From the NCBI GenBank assembly GCA_050174015.1, contig JBFXKG010000006.1, forward strand, positions 96,001 to 160,000: a stretch of 64,000 bases of DNA, written 5' to 3'. The DNA is from Candidatus Krumholzibacteriia bacterium (GTDB lineage Bacteria > Krumholzibacteriota > Krumholzibacteriia > LZORAL124-64-63). The notes beneath the pieces were generated by a model that was not told the DNA's origin, searched no databases, and saw only the letters and a program-made list of their open reading frames with translations. Of this stretch, positions 9,698 to 20,971 are shown piece after piece. How positions within the stretch are numbered: position 1 is the first letter of the stretch; each line of letters starts with the position of its first letter. The position numbers were made by a program, and so were the translations under genes.

Positions 9698-11389
9698 TCA
9701 GGCCAAGGTTTCCAGGTATTTTTCGATCTCCCGGATGACCTCCTTGCGGACCCCGGCCCGGTCCTGGGCGAGTCGCCGGAGATCCACCTTGGAAACGTAC
9801 TTCACCTTGATGAACCGGCGGAGGATCTTGACCGAAACGTTCACCGGGCTGCGCAGGCAGGCCAGGGGAACGCCCCGGTTGGCGAACCCGGTGTGAAGGG
9901 CCCGGTCCGTGGCGATGGTCTCGATGACCTGGGGATTGCGCGTGCGGACCGCCACGGCTTCGACCAGCCCCGGGACGCTGGTGAACTTGGGGTTCCGGAG
10001 GAACCCGAGGACCAGGCTGTAGGACTGGAGATTGGTCAGCACGAGGTTCTTCATGGCCGCGGCGGTGGGTTCGGCCCCCTGGTCCTCATCCTCCGGGGAC
10101 TCTCCTGCCTCCGGTCCGGCAGGCTGATCCTCGGCGCCCTGGGCGACCGAAGCTCCGGCGGGGCCCTCGAGAGTCGGCAAGCCCTCGGGCCAGACCTCGG
10201 GCAGGTCCTCGGGGTCGGGGAGGACGATCACCAGCTGGCCGACGAGGAACTCCATCCCCCGCAGATCCCATCCCGCCGGGCCGGATACGCCCTCGGGCGC
10301 AGGTTCCCCGAGGACCTCCTGGACGGGCCGCGTCAGGTCCTCCGGTACGGGGATGGCCAGTTCCCCCCGCTCGCAGCCCGACACCACCAGGCGGCAGGCC
10401 GTGACCAGGTCGAGCCCCCGGCGCCGGTCGCCCCGCAACCTCAGCCGTTCCGCCAGTCCCATCAACCGGGCCGCGGCGTGGGCCATGACGGGAATCTCCA
10501 GGGCGGACTCCACCTGGGCCCGGACGAGGGAGTGCAGGGGTGCCAGGTCCGGGCAGCCCTCGAGTGCGCGCTCGAACATCCCGAATTCCCGGGCGTCCAT
10601 GACCGACCGTCCCCGCAGGCGGGGCTTGAGAAAGGCAGCGGCGACATCGCCGGATTCGATCATCGCCACCAGCTCCCGGATGTCGCGGATCTCACGGTCG
10701 GACCGGCTCAGCAGGGGCAGCACCCGGGTGATGGCCTCCATCCGGAACGGGTCGACGTTGCCCGCCAGCTGACTGATCCGCTCCTGCCAGGCGTCGGCTT
10801 CCAGCCGCAGCAGGCCGGCCAGCAGTGCCCCCAGTTCAGGCGGCAGTCCGCCCCTGCGCTCCCCTGCACGGCACAGCCGGTCCAGGACCAGGCGCATGGG
10901 TCCCCAGGGAGTTTCCCATCCTGCCGCGTCCGGACGCGCCTCATCCGGCGGACGGCCGCCGGCCAGGAGCCGGCAGCACTCCGCCCCGAACCGCCCATGC
11001 CGGTCCCGCCATTCCTTGAGGACCAGACCGGAAGGGCCGGGACTCCTGGATCCGTTGATCCAGAGCCGCCGCGTCGAAGACATCCGGCTGACCAGGGGCA
11101 GCAAACGCGAGGCCGGCGTGACCACGTCCAGCAGGGCGGCGAGGAGACGGGCGCCGGCTGGATCGCCCCGCATCGCCAGGCTCTGGATGCCCAGCAGGAC
11201 CGACGGGACCAGGGGCTCCCCCGAATGCTTTCGCAGAAGATCGTAGAGTTCTCCGGCCAGGGAAGAGGGGTCCATCGGCCCGCGACCGAACTGACGCAGC
11301 TCGGCCAGCACCCCCGGCTGGTCGGGTGCGGGCAGGTGCAGGACCGGGTCCCCCCACATCAGGCTGTCCCCTGTTCGAACGGTGATCAA
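9698..11389 (-). CDS. Hypothetical protein with an acidic linker and a basic helical C-terminal domain
   Basis: Long ORF; start uncertain (TTG at 11389 with GGAGG upstream, or ATG at 11359); C-terminus FLRNPK...CLRSPVNVS...VDLRRLAQDR. Confidence 0.7.
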   Translation of the reverse strand: MITVRTGDSLMWGDPVLHLPAPDQPGVLAELRQFGRGPMDPSSLAGELYDLLRKHSGEPLVPSVLLGIQSLAMRGDPAGARLLAALLDVVTPASRLLPLVSRMSSTRRLWINGSRSPGPSGLVLKEWRDRHGRFGAECCRLLAGGRPPDEARPDAAGWETPWGPMRLVLDRLCRAGERRGGLPPELGALLAGLLRLEADAWQERISQLAGNVDPFRMEAITRVLPLLSRSDREIRDIRELVAMIESGDVAAAFLKPRLRGRSVMDAREFGMFERALEGCPDLAPLHSLVRAQVESALEIPVMAHAAARLMGLAERLRLRGDRRRGLDLVTACRLVVSGCERGELAIPVPEDLTRPVQEVLGEPAPEGVSGPAGWDLRGMEFLVGQLVIVLPDPEDLPEVWPEGLPTLEGPAGASVAQGAEDQPAGPEAGESPEDEDQGAEPTAAAMKNLVLTNLQSYSLVLGFLRNPKFTSVPGLVEAVAVRTRNPQVIETIATDRALHTGFANRGVPLACLRSPVNVSVKILRRFIKVKYVSKVDLRRLAQDRAGVRKEVIREIEKYLETLA

Positions 11390-11501
11390 GTGCGCGTTCC
11401 TCCGCTCCTTGACCGGCCGGGCCGGAAGGAGGAGATGTCCCCTGACGATGGTTATCGGTCGATGAATCACGCGCTTGACCGCCGGTTGCCCCCCATGGAT
11501 C

Positions 11502-13133
11502 TCACCATCGGATCCTGGCCTGCAGCCAGACCTCGGTGAGGGTCGTCGCCGCTTCACCCGGAGCCGGGAACCGGCGGGCGACAGCCGCCTGGATGCCGAC
11601 GATCCCGGCCTCCGCTTCGAGCCCGGCCATGATCTCCCCCGACCAGCGGCCCCAATGCCTCGGCAGGGCGTAGCCCGGCAGCGGGCTGAGAACCCCCACC
11701 AGGTCGACCTGGTCGCCCCAGGCCCGGGACCAAGCCAGCCTGGCCCGCCCCAACCTGGTCTCGGCGCCCGACCATCCCGCCGAAAGGAGGTTCCTGCCGG
11801 CGGATCCCCCGTCGTCGTCCACCGCCAGGTTCCGGAAGTCCAGGGAGAGGCGCCCCCGTGCCGGGCCCTCCCGCCTCAGGTTGATCGAGGTCAGGGTGCG
11901 GACCTCGGGGGCCACCGGGACCGGGGGAGTCCAGGGAAACCGCTCGGACCATTCCCAGGAGGTCCGGACCTGGCGCCTCCAGCGGACCTCCCCCTCCCAG
12001 CCGCCGGGCAGGGGACAGGCGGCGGAGGCTTCGCGGATGGACCGGCAAGTGGTCCCGTCGGCCGGATCCTCCTCCCTGCCCGTCGCTCCCGCGATGACGA
12101 GTTCCAGGTCCAGCCCTCCGCCCCGCCACCGGAGGCGGCAAGCCCACCCGGAGCCGTCCCAGGTCGCGAGCATGGCCGGTCTGACTCCCAGGAGCCCCGG
12201 CTCCCCGCCCCGGCGGGAGGCCCATCCCCCCTCGATGCGGGTGGCCCGGGCCGGTTCGAGGATCAGCGTCCCCGCGGCCGCCTGCGTGGATCCGCCCCTC
12301 GTGCGACGGGTCAGGGAGGATTCCCAGGCCGCCTGCCAACCCGGGCCCCTCCACTCGGTGGCCAGCCCCAGGCCCTTCTCCAGGGGGTGGGTCAGGCCCA
12401 GCAGGGATATCCCGCCCCGGTCTTGCCTGAGGCCCAGCCGGACCCCGTGCAACCGGCCCATGCCGGGTTCGGAGGTGGGGATTCCCGAGACGGTCTCCGC
12501 CACCAGGGACCCCGCCGAGAACGAGACGCCCACACCGTCGGCTAGGGCGCCATCTCCGGAGCGGCACCACTGCCGGATGCCCGCCGGGGACGGTCCCAGC
12601 GACCGTCCCGTCCCGGGTGAACCACTCCGCCCGGGGGCTCCGGCCAGCAAGCCGTAGCCGTGATGCCAGGCGAGGTTCCCGGCGTCGAGACGCCAGTTTC
12701 CGGCAGCCCCGCCGATGGCCGCCAGCGGGCTCTCGGCCACCCCCCCGCTCTGGCCCCTGCGGACCTTCAGGTCCAGTCCCGCGCCCCGCCAGCGTACGGT
12801 CGCGGTGGCCGGAGTGGCCGGCGCGGGTTCCATCTGCATCCGCCAGATCAGGCTCCCCTGCCCCGGAGGGGACCAGGCCGGACCTCCGGCCTCCTTCCGC
12901 GCCGCTGCGGCGCGAAGAGCGGCATCGAGACACCGGATCTCATCCTCGGACAGGGGCGCGCCGACGCTCTCCATGGCCTCCACCAGATCCACCAGATCCT
13001 CGGGCACCGCCCCGGTCGTGTCCGGGTGATCGGCCTGACCCCGGGCGCAGCAGGCCGCCAGGAGCAGCAACGGCACGAACCTCCCCGCCGCCCATGGTTT
13101 TCCCGTCCGACCTGCTGGGGAAGGGTTCACCAT
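11502..13133 (-). CDS. Putative outer-membrane beta-barrel protein, resembling the barrel part of FCB ComEA/helix-hairpin-helix family proteins
   Basis: Signal-like N-terminus, GNLAWHHGYGLL motif, amphipathic strands, terminal EVWLQARIRW with final aromatic residue. Confidence 0.5.
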   Translation of the reverse strand: MVNPSPAGRTGKPWAAGRFVPLLLLAACCARGQADHPDTTGAVPEDLVDLVEAMESVGAPLSEDEIRCLDAALRAAAARKEAGGPAWSPPGQGSLIWRMQMEPAPATPATATVRWRGAGLDLKVRRGQSGGVAESPLAAIGGAAGNWRLDAGNLAWHHGYGLLAGAPGRSGSPGTGRSLGPSPAGIRQWCRSGDGALADGVGVSFSAGSLVAETVSGIPTSEPGMGRLHGVRLGLRQDRGGISLLGLTHPLEKGLGLATEWRGPGWQAAWESSLTRRTRGGSTQAAAGTLILEPARATRIEGGWASRRGGEPGLLGVRPAMLATWDGSGWACRLRWRGGGLDLELVIAGATGREEDPADGTTCRSIREASAACPLPGGWEGEVRWRRQVRTSWEWSERFPWTPPVPVAPEVRTLTSINLRREGPARGRLSLDFRNLAVDDDGGSAGRNLLSAGWSGAETRLGRARLAWSRAWGDQVDLVGVLSPLPGYALPRHWGRWSGEIMAGLEAEAGIVGIQAAVARRFPAPGEAATTLTEVWLQARIRW

Positions 13134-13981
13134 GCACCCCCTTTCCAGCGGCCTGCCACCAGGGCGATGCGATGGGTCGTCCCCAGGTCGGAGTGGATCA
13201 GGTGCGAAGTCATCACCAGGAGCCTGCCCCGGGGCAGGACCAGCCCGAATCCTCCCAGGTTCCGGGCGGGAGTCCCCCGGATCAGGATCCCCGCCCGCCC
13301 CGCCAGAGGGAACAGGGCTTCCAGGATGCATTCCGGAATTCCGTCAGGGGACAGGTCGAGACCCAGGGCCAGCCCCACGTCCTTCGTCCTGACCCGGACG
13401 GTGCCCAGGTTCCGGGTCCGGCCGCTCCGCCCGGCTGATCCCTCGGCTGCGGCGATTTCGGGCCTGAACTCCCAGGAGCCTGACCAGGAGCCCGGGCCCG
13501 ACCACCCGCTCCCCACCAGGAGGGCCAGGGACCATTCCGGCCGGGGACGTTCACCGGCCAGTTCGAGGCGCCGGATTCCCCCCGTCAGCCCGAGCCGGAC
13601 CCCGAGATTCCCGGCCGCCGTCAGGCCGTACCTGTTCTCGCGGAAGATCCCGGTTCCCGTCTGCTGCCAGTCCACCCGGACCAGCCGGCCGTCACGGCCC
13701 CGCCAGCCGGCCCCCAGGGTGGCGACCGGCAACTCGGGCAGCCCGAACAGGCGGGAGGCGCCGGCCTCCACCCAGGCGCCTGAAGACAGGGAGTCCGGGG
13801 CCTGGACGCCGCGGTGATCGGCCATCAAGGCGCCGATCTGCTCCGGCCCATGCAGCCAGGAACGGGAATAATCATCGGCCCGGGCGGGGGCGCAGCAGAG
13901 GACCGCAACCAGACCGGCCCGCAGGACGACCCGGGTCCCCCGGATGCCCCGGATGCCCCGGAATTCCCCTCCGGACCTCAA
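13127..13981 (-). CDS. Hypothetical exported protein, possibly a small beta-barrel
   Basis: Signal peptide, SRLFGLPEL, C-terminal HSDLGTTHRIAL; overlaps both neighbours. Confidence 0.6.
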   Translation of the reverse strand: MRSGGEFRGIRGIRGTRVVLRAGLVAVLCCAPARADDYSRSWLHGPEQIGALMADHRGVQAPDSLSSGAWVEAGASRLFGLPELPVATLGAGWRGRDGRLVRVDWQQTGTGIFRENRYGLTAAGNLGVRLGLTGGIRRLELAGERPRPEWSLALLVGSGWSGPGSWSGSWEFRPEIAAAEGSAGRSGRTRNLGTVRVRTKDVGLALGLDLSPDGIPECILEALFPLAGRAGILIRGTPARNLGGFGLVLPRGRLLVMTSHLIHSDLGTTHRIALVAGRWKGGAW

Positions 13982-15714
13982 CGGACCACCACCAGGACCC
14001 TGGATGCGTCCAGGATGGCCCCTGAGCCGTCCAGGCAGGTTCCCAGGACGATGTACCCGCCGGGCGGAACGAGCCGGCTGCGGTCATCCTCGCCGGTCCA
14101 GTGGCGAGTCCGCCGGCCCGGTCCCGCCAGATCCCCGCCCAGGTTCCGGACGCGCCGGCCTTCCAGGTCGAAGACCGCCAGCTGGAAGCCCTCGCCCTCC
14201 CCGGGCACCTCGAGGACGAGGGCGAGGGCGGTTGCGCCCCGGTCAGGATCGAGCACGCGCGGCTGGACCGTCAGGAACGGGCCCCTGACCGCCGCGGGCG
14301 CAATGCTGTTGGGACAGCCCGGGGTCCCGCCCTCCCAGGCCGAGCTGACGGACCAGGTGGACGCTCCGGAGTCCAGGGGCCGGCCAAGGTTCAACCTTTC
14401 CAGGGAGCTTCCCGACCAGGGGAGGGCCGGGTCCCAGGGGTCCGGTCCCCCATAGGTCAGCGCATCGACGATCACGCCACCGGAATCGGCCAGGCTGATC
14501 CGGTCGGCGAAGGTACGACTCTCGGGGACCGCATTGTTGAGGGAAGGCCAGCCCGCCAGGGACACGAGCCGGGAGCCGGCGAGCACGCTGCCGCAACCGT
14601 CCTCGCCGGTCCGCTCGTTGGCCAGGATCCAGCCCGCGAGGGCCGTGGAATCCTGCGCGACGACCAGCAGGCCACCCGGTTCCAGACTGCCGGCCGGCAG
14701 CGCGCGCCAGTCCCCGTCCTCGTCCTTCAGGGCGTAGGTGCCGACGTCCAGCGCCTCTGCCGACCGGCTGGCCAGCTCGACGTATTCTCCCTGCCCCTGG
14801 GCCGGGGCGGGCTGGACCTCGTTGATGACCAGTTCCCCCAGGCCGACCTGGTAGAGGCACACCGGCACCCGCAGGGTGTCCCTTCCGCCGGGCAAGGGCA
14901 TCAGCAATCCGACCGGATGGCGCCCCGTGCGGGCGGGTTCCACCACGAAGAACAGGTTGCGGATGTCGCCGGATCCCATGGCGTCCAGCACCGCCGGAAC
15001 GGACTGCTCCGCGATGTCCAGCCTCACCTGTCCGCCCGGCCAGGCGAGGATGCCCCGGTTCTCCAGCTGGACTTCCAGGCGCAGGGATCGGCCCGCGCGG
15101 TCCAGACAGGGAGGGTCACCCGTCGCCACCACCACATGGAAGGCCCAGTCGCGGAAGTTGGGGGCGCCCGGCGTGGCTTCGGCGGCCACGAAATCGGCGG
15201 CGTTGTCGTCCGAGTCCGCCCCGTCGGGCCGCCGCGCCAGGGCCAGACCCGCCTGCAGGGGGGAAGGGGCCCCTTCGTAGAGGCGGTCGTCGGTCAGCGG
15301 GCCGTAACCCACCAGGTCCAGGACGGTCCCGTCGCGGGCCAGCCGGATGGCGTCCGGGCCGTTCTGCAACCCGAGAGCCACTTCGGCGTCGGGGACGGCA
15401 GGACCCGTCCAGTTGCGGTCGCATATGAGGAAGAACCCGCCCTCGGCCAGGACCGTCCCCGGCGGCGCCGACCACCGGACCTCCCAGACCGGTTCGACGG
15501 CCCCGTTGGCGAATTCGAGGGTGACGCCAGCCAGGGACAGGTCCGGACCGGCGTTGTGGATCTCGACGAATTCCTTGCCGCCGTCGCTTCCTGGGGGATC
15601 GGCGAGGAACTCGTTGATGACCTGCGCGCCCGCGGCGCCGGCGACGGCCGCACATCCCGCCAGGGCGGACAGGAAGCCCCGCAGCAGGGCGGACATCCCG
15701 GGTGGCTGGGTCAA
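13978..15714 (-). CDS. Secreted protein with two lamin-tail domains and a C-terminal FlgD-Ig/T9SS-like domain
   Basis: VINEFLADPPGSDGGKEFVEIHN and LVINEVQPAP..GEYVEL; TPGAPN and GTPGCPNS; VFDLEGRRVR...W.GED...PGGY. Confidence 0.8.
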   Translation of the reverse strand: MTQPPGMSALLRGFLSALAGCAAVAGAAGAQVINEFLADPPGSDGGKEFVEIHNAGPDLSLAGVTLEFANGAVEPVWEVRWSAPPGTVLAEGGFFLICDRNWTGPAVPDAEVALGLQNGPDAIRLARDGTVLDLVGYGPLTDDRLYEGAPSPLQAGLALARRPDGADSDDNAADFVAAEATPGAPNFRDWAFHVVVATGDPPCLDRAGRSLRLEVQLENRGILAWPGGQVRLDIAEQSVPAVLDAMGSGDIRNLFFVVEPARTGRHPVGLLMPLPGGRDTLRVPVCLYQVGLGELVINEVQPAPAQGQGEYVELASRSAEALDVGTYALKDEDGDWRALPAGSLEPGGLLVVAQDSTALAGWILANERTGEDGCGSVLAGSRLVSLAGWPSLNNAVPESRTFADRISLADSGGVIVDALTYGGPDPWDPALPWSGSSLERLNLGRPLDSGASTWSVSSAWEGGTPGCPNSIAPAAVRGPFLTVQPRVLDPDRGATALALVLEVPGEGEGFQLAVFDLEGRRVRNLGGDLAGPGRRTRHWTGEDDRSRLVPPGGYIVLGTCLDGSGAILDASRVLVVVR

Positions 15715-15747
15715 GGGGAACCGGACTTTCCGGGAGGGAAAGCGGGA

Positions 15748-18051
15748 TCAGAGCAGGCCGTGCCGCCGCCTCAGGTACCATTCCACCGAGAGCAGGGCCA
15801 CCACGGCGACGAGGAAGGGCCAACCGGACCACAGCTCGTACCGTGACCGCTGGTACCGCTGCTCGCCCCGCCACTCGGTTCCGGCCAGGGCTTCCAGCAT
15901 TCTGGCCACCGCCTCCGGGTCGTTCGCATCGACGTACCGTGCACCCTGGAGCGAAGCCAGTTGCACCAGCCGCCGGCGATCCAGTCTCACCTGGGTCGTT
16001 TCCAGGGACCGGTTCACGATGGTCAGCAGCCGGGGCCGGCTCTGCGCCGGGGATTCCCCCTCGCCGACCAGGTGCACGGCGTACGTCCCCGGGGGCTGGG
16101 GAGGCACCTCCACCCCGGCGATCCCCGTTTCAGGATCGGTTTCCCCGAACCGGAAGGTCCGGACGGCCGTGGTGTCGGCGCCGGCCGAGCGGGGCCGCAT
16201 GACCAGGGAGATCCGGCCGTCGCGGACCGGCTCTCCCCGCATGTCCCGCCATCCCGCCTCCAGGCGGAGGGGCTGCCCGGCCTCGAAGAGGGGAAGCTCC
16301 CCGCGGAAGGCCAGGCCGCTGTTCTCCTCGCCGGTGGCCAGCCAGACCAGGATGTTCCGCAGGAGCCGCCGGCCCGGATGGTTCCGCGGATCGCGCCCCG
16401 CCGCCGGTCCTGACCGTTCCCAGAAGGCGAGTTCCCACAGCTCCCGGCCGCCGTACCAGCCGACCCGCCCGGCACCCACGTCCCCGAGGACCAGCAACGG
16501 GTGCCGCCCGCCCCGGCCGTCCTCGGCGGCCAGCAGGACGGATGCCTCAGGCCCCGGAACCGCGGCGATCAGCTCCCGCAGAGGAGGCAAGGACTGCAGT
16601 CCGCCCACGCCCGGATCCCCGCCCGGGCCCTCGGCGCCCCCCACCCCCGCCAGCACCGGATGCCCGACGGCCGCATCCGCCCGGGCGAGGAAGAACTCCC
16701 CGGAAGCCCAGCGCCGGACGCCCGGTGCCAGGGGCAGGATCGCCTCCAGCGGGGAATCCGCCGGCGGAACGACGGAACCGACCCCGGGACCCGGCGGGGC
16801 CGCCGGCAGGATGAGCAGGCCCAGCCCCCGGCGGACCGCCCCGGCCAGAGCGGCAAGGTCCAGGTCCCCCGGGGCGGCCAGGGCGCCCCAGCGATGCAGG
16901 ACCACTCCCTGGTACGCGCTCCATTCCTCGGCCGTCGCGGGGGAGCTCCAGGCCGTCAAGCTGTCGGCAAGGATGAGGCCGTCGTATCCCGGATAGACCA
17001 CGTCGAGATCCAGCCGGGCCTCTCCCCCGCCCGCCTGGGCGAGGAAACGCACGTCCCATCCCGGCATTCCGGAAAGGACGAGCACCCGGGATCGATCCTT
17101 CAGGACGTTGATCACCAGCGACGCGGAGTTGTTGCCGAGGAACCGCTCGTTGACACGCGGGGAAGCCTCGATCTCGAGGACCAGGGGCCCTTCCTCTTCC
17201 GCGATGAAGGTGAGGGTGGCGGGAGCGTGATCCCCCTGCATGACGACGCGGTCCGCCGCGAGTTCCCCGGCCGGACTTCGCAACCGCACCAGCACCGTGT
17301 CCGCCGCATCCCCGGCCGGGATGTCGAGGACCGCCAGCTCGATGGTGACCTCGTCCCCCCGGTGGACGCTGGGCGGATGGCGCACGTCCGCCACGACCCG
17401 GTCCGCGGGTCCGACGGGATCCCCCACGCCGACGACGAAGGAAGGTCCGGGCAGGGCGCCTCCCGGGGTTCCTTGACCCGACCGGGGGCCGGCCACCGTC
17501 TCCTGCCCGTCGCTGATCAGGATGGACGCCCGCACGGGGCGCCCCATGCGGATCCGCGGGGCTTGACGACGGAGCGCGTCGAGGTCCGTGCCGTGACGTC
17601 CTGGCGCCGGGATGACCGGATCGTCCAGACCGAACGGCTGAGCAGGCTCCAGCCCGTTGCCGCGGACCGGGACCAGCCTCACCGGCATCCCCGTCGAGCG
17701 GAGGGTCGAATCGACCGCGGCCGCCAGTTCCAGGGCCTCCTCCCACCGGCTCGCCGCCGGTGAACCGGGCCCAGCGGAGGCGTCGAGGGCCATGCTTCCG
17801 GAATCCTCCAGCACCAGGAGGACTTCCGCCGGGTCGGTCCGCACCAGGTGGCGCGAGATCACCGGAGCGCCGACCGCCGCCACCAGCAGGATCAGGGAGG
17901 TCGTCCTCAGGCCGGTCAGGAGCTTGCGCAGGCCGGGCCCGGCCTGGGGCCGGGTCCGGCGGTACGTGTGGACCGTGAACAGGGCGGCCCCCGCCGCCAG
18001 GACCAGCAGCAGGGGCCACAACCAGACTGGGATGGTCCAGTGGACCGCCAC
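15748..18051 (-). CDS. Membrane protein with vWA domain, Ig-like fold and glutamine-amidotransferase-like domain
   Basis: Two N-terminal TM helices, MIDAS-like LEDSGSM, GTDL, LISDGQ, C-terminal TM ending EWYLRRRHGLL. Confidence 0.8.
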   Translation of the reverse strand: MAVHWTIPVWLWPLLLVLAAGAALFTVHTYRRTRPQAGPGLRKLLTGLRTTSLILLVAAVGAPVISRHLVRTDPAEVLLVLEDSGSMALDASAGPGSPAASRWEEALELAAAVDSTLRSTGMPVRLVPVRGNGLEPAQPFGLDDPVIPAPGRHGTDLDALRRQAPRIRMGRPVRASILISDGQETVAGPRSGQGTPGGALPGPSFVVGVGDPVGPADRVVADVRHPPSVHRGDEVTIELAVLDIPAGDAADTVLVRLRSPAGELAADRVVMQGDHAPATLTFIAEEEGPLVLEIEASPRVNERFLGNNSASLVINVLKDRSRVLVLSGMPGWDVRFLAQAGGGEARLDLDVVYPGYDGLILADSLTAWSSPATAEEWSAYQGVVLHRWGALAAPGDLDLAALAGAVRRGLGLLILPAAPPGPGVGSVVPPADSPLEAILPLAPGVRRWASGEFFLARADAAVGHPVLAGVGGAEGPGGDPGVGGLQSLPPLRELIAAVPGPEASVLLAAEDGRGGRHPLLVLGDVGAGRVGWYGGRELWELAFWERSGPAAGRDPRNHPGRRLLRNILVWLATGEENSGLAFRGELPLFEAGQPLRLEAGWRDMRGEPVRDGRISLVMRPRSAGADTTAVRTFRFGETDPETGIAGVEVPPQPPGTYAVHLVGEGESPAQSRPRLLTIVNRSLETTQVRLDRRRLVQLASLQGARYVDANDPEAVARMLEALAGTEWRGEQRYQRSRYELWSGWPFLVAVVALLSVEWYLRRRHGLL

Positions 18052-18057
18052 GGGAAC

Positions 18058-20751
<2,694 letters not shown>

Positions 20752-20911
20752 TTTCACTCCTGGGGATCGAGGTCCTGGACGGGAACGGGATCCGGCCTGT
20801 CGCAACCAGCCGTTCCCGTCGATCGGGCTCCCGCCGGCTGACGGACGGCGCCGACCGTTCGGATTGAATCGTGCAGGTCAAATATCAGCCACTGCCGGAC
20901 CGGGTCAAAGG

Positions 20912-20945
20912 AAAAAATAGGGTGCGGACAGGCGTTCCGCACCCT
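20912..20945 (-). terminator. Intrinsic terminator after the secreted-protein cassette
   Basis: AGGGTGCGGA/TCCGCACCCT stem followed by a T-tract on the minus strand. Confidence 0.75.
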
Positions 20946-20971
20946 GTTTCCGGTTCCCCGGTGGAGTCGGG

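Noticed and set aside
13938..13969. 9-bp tandem repeat (CCCCGGATG)
   Set aside because: Only two to three copies inside a signal-peptide N-region; not a CRISPR array or meaningful VNTR
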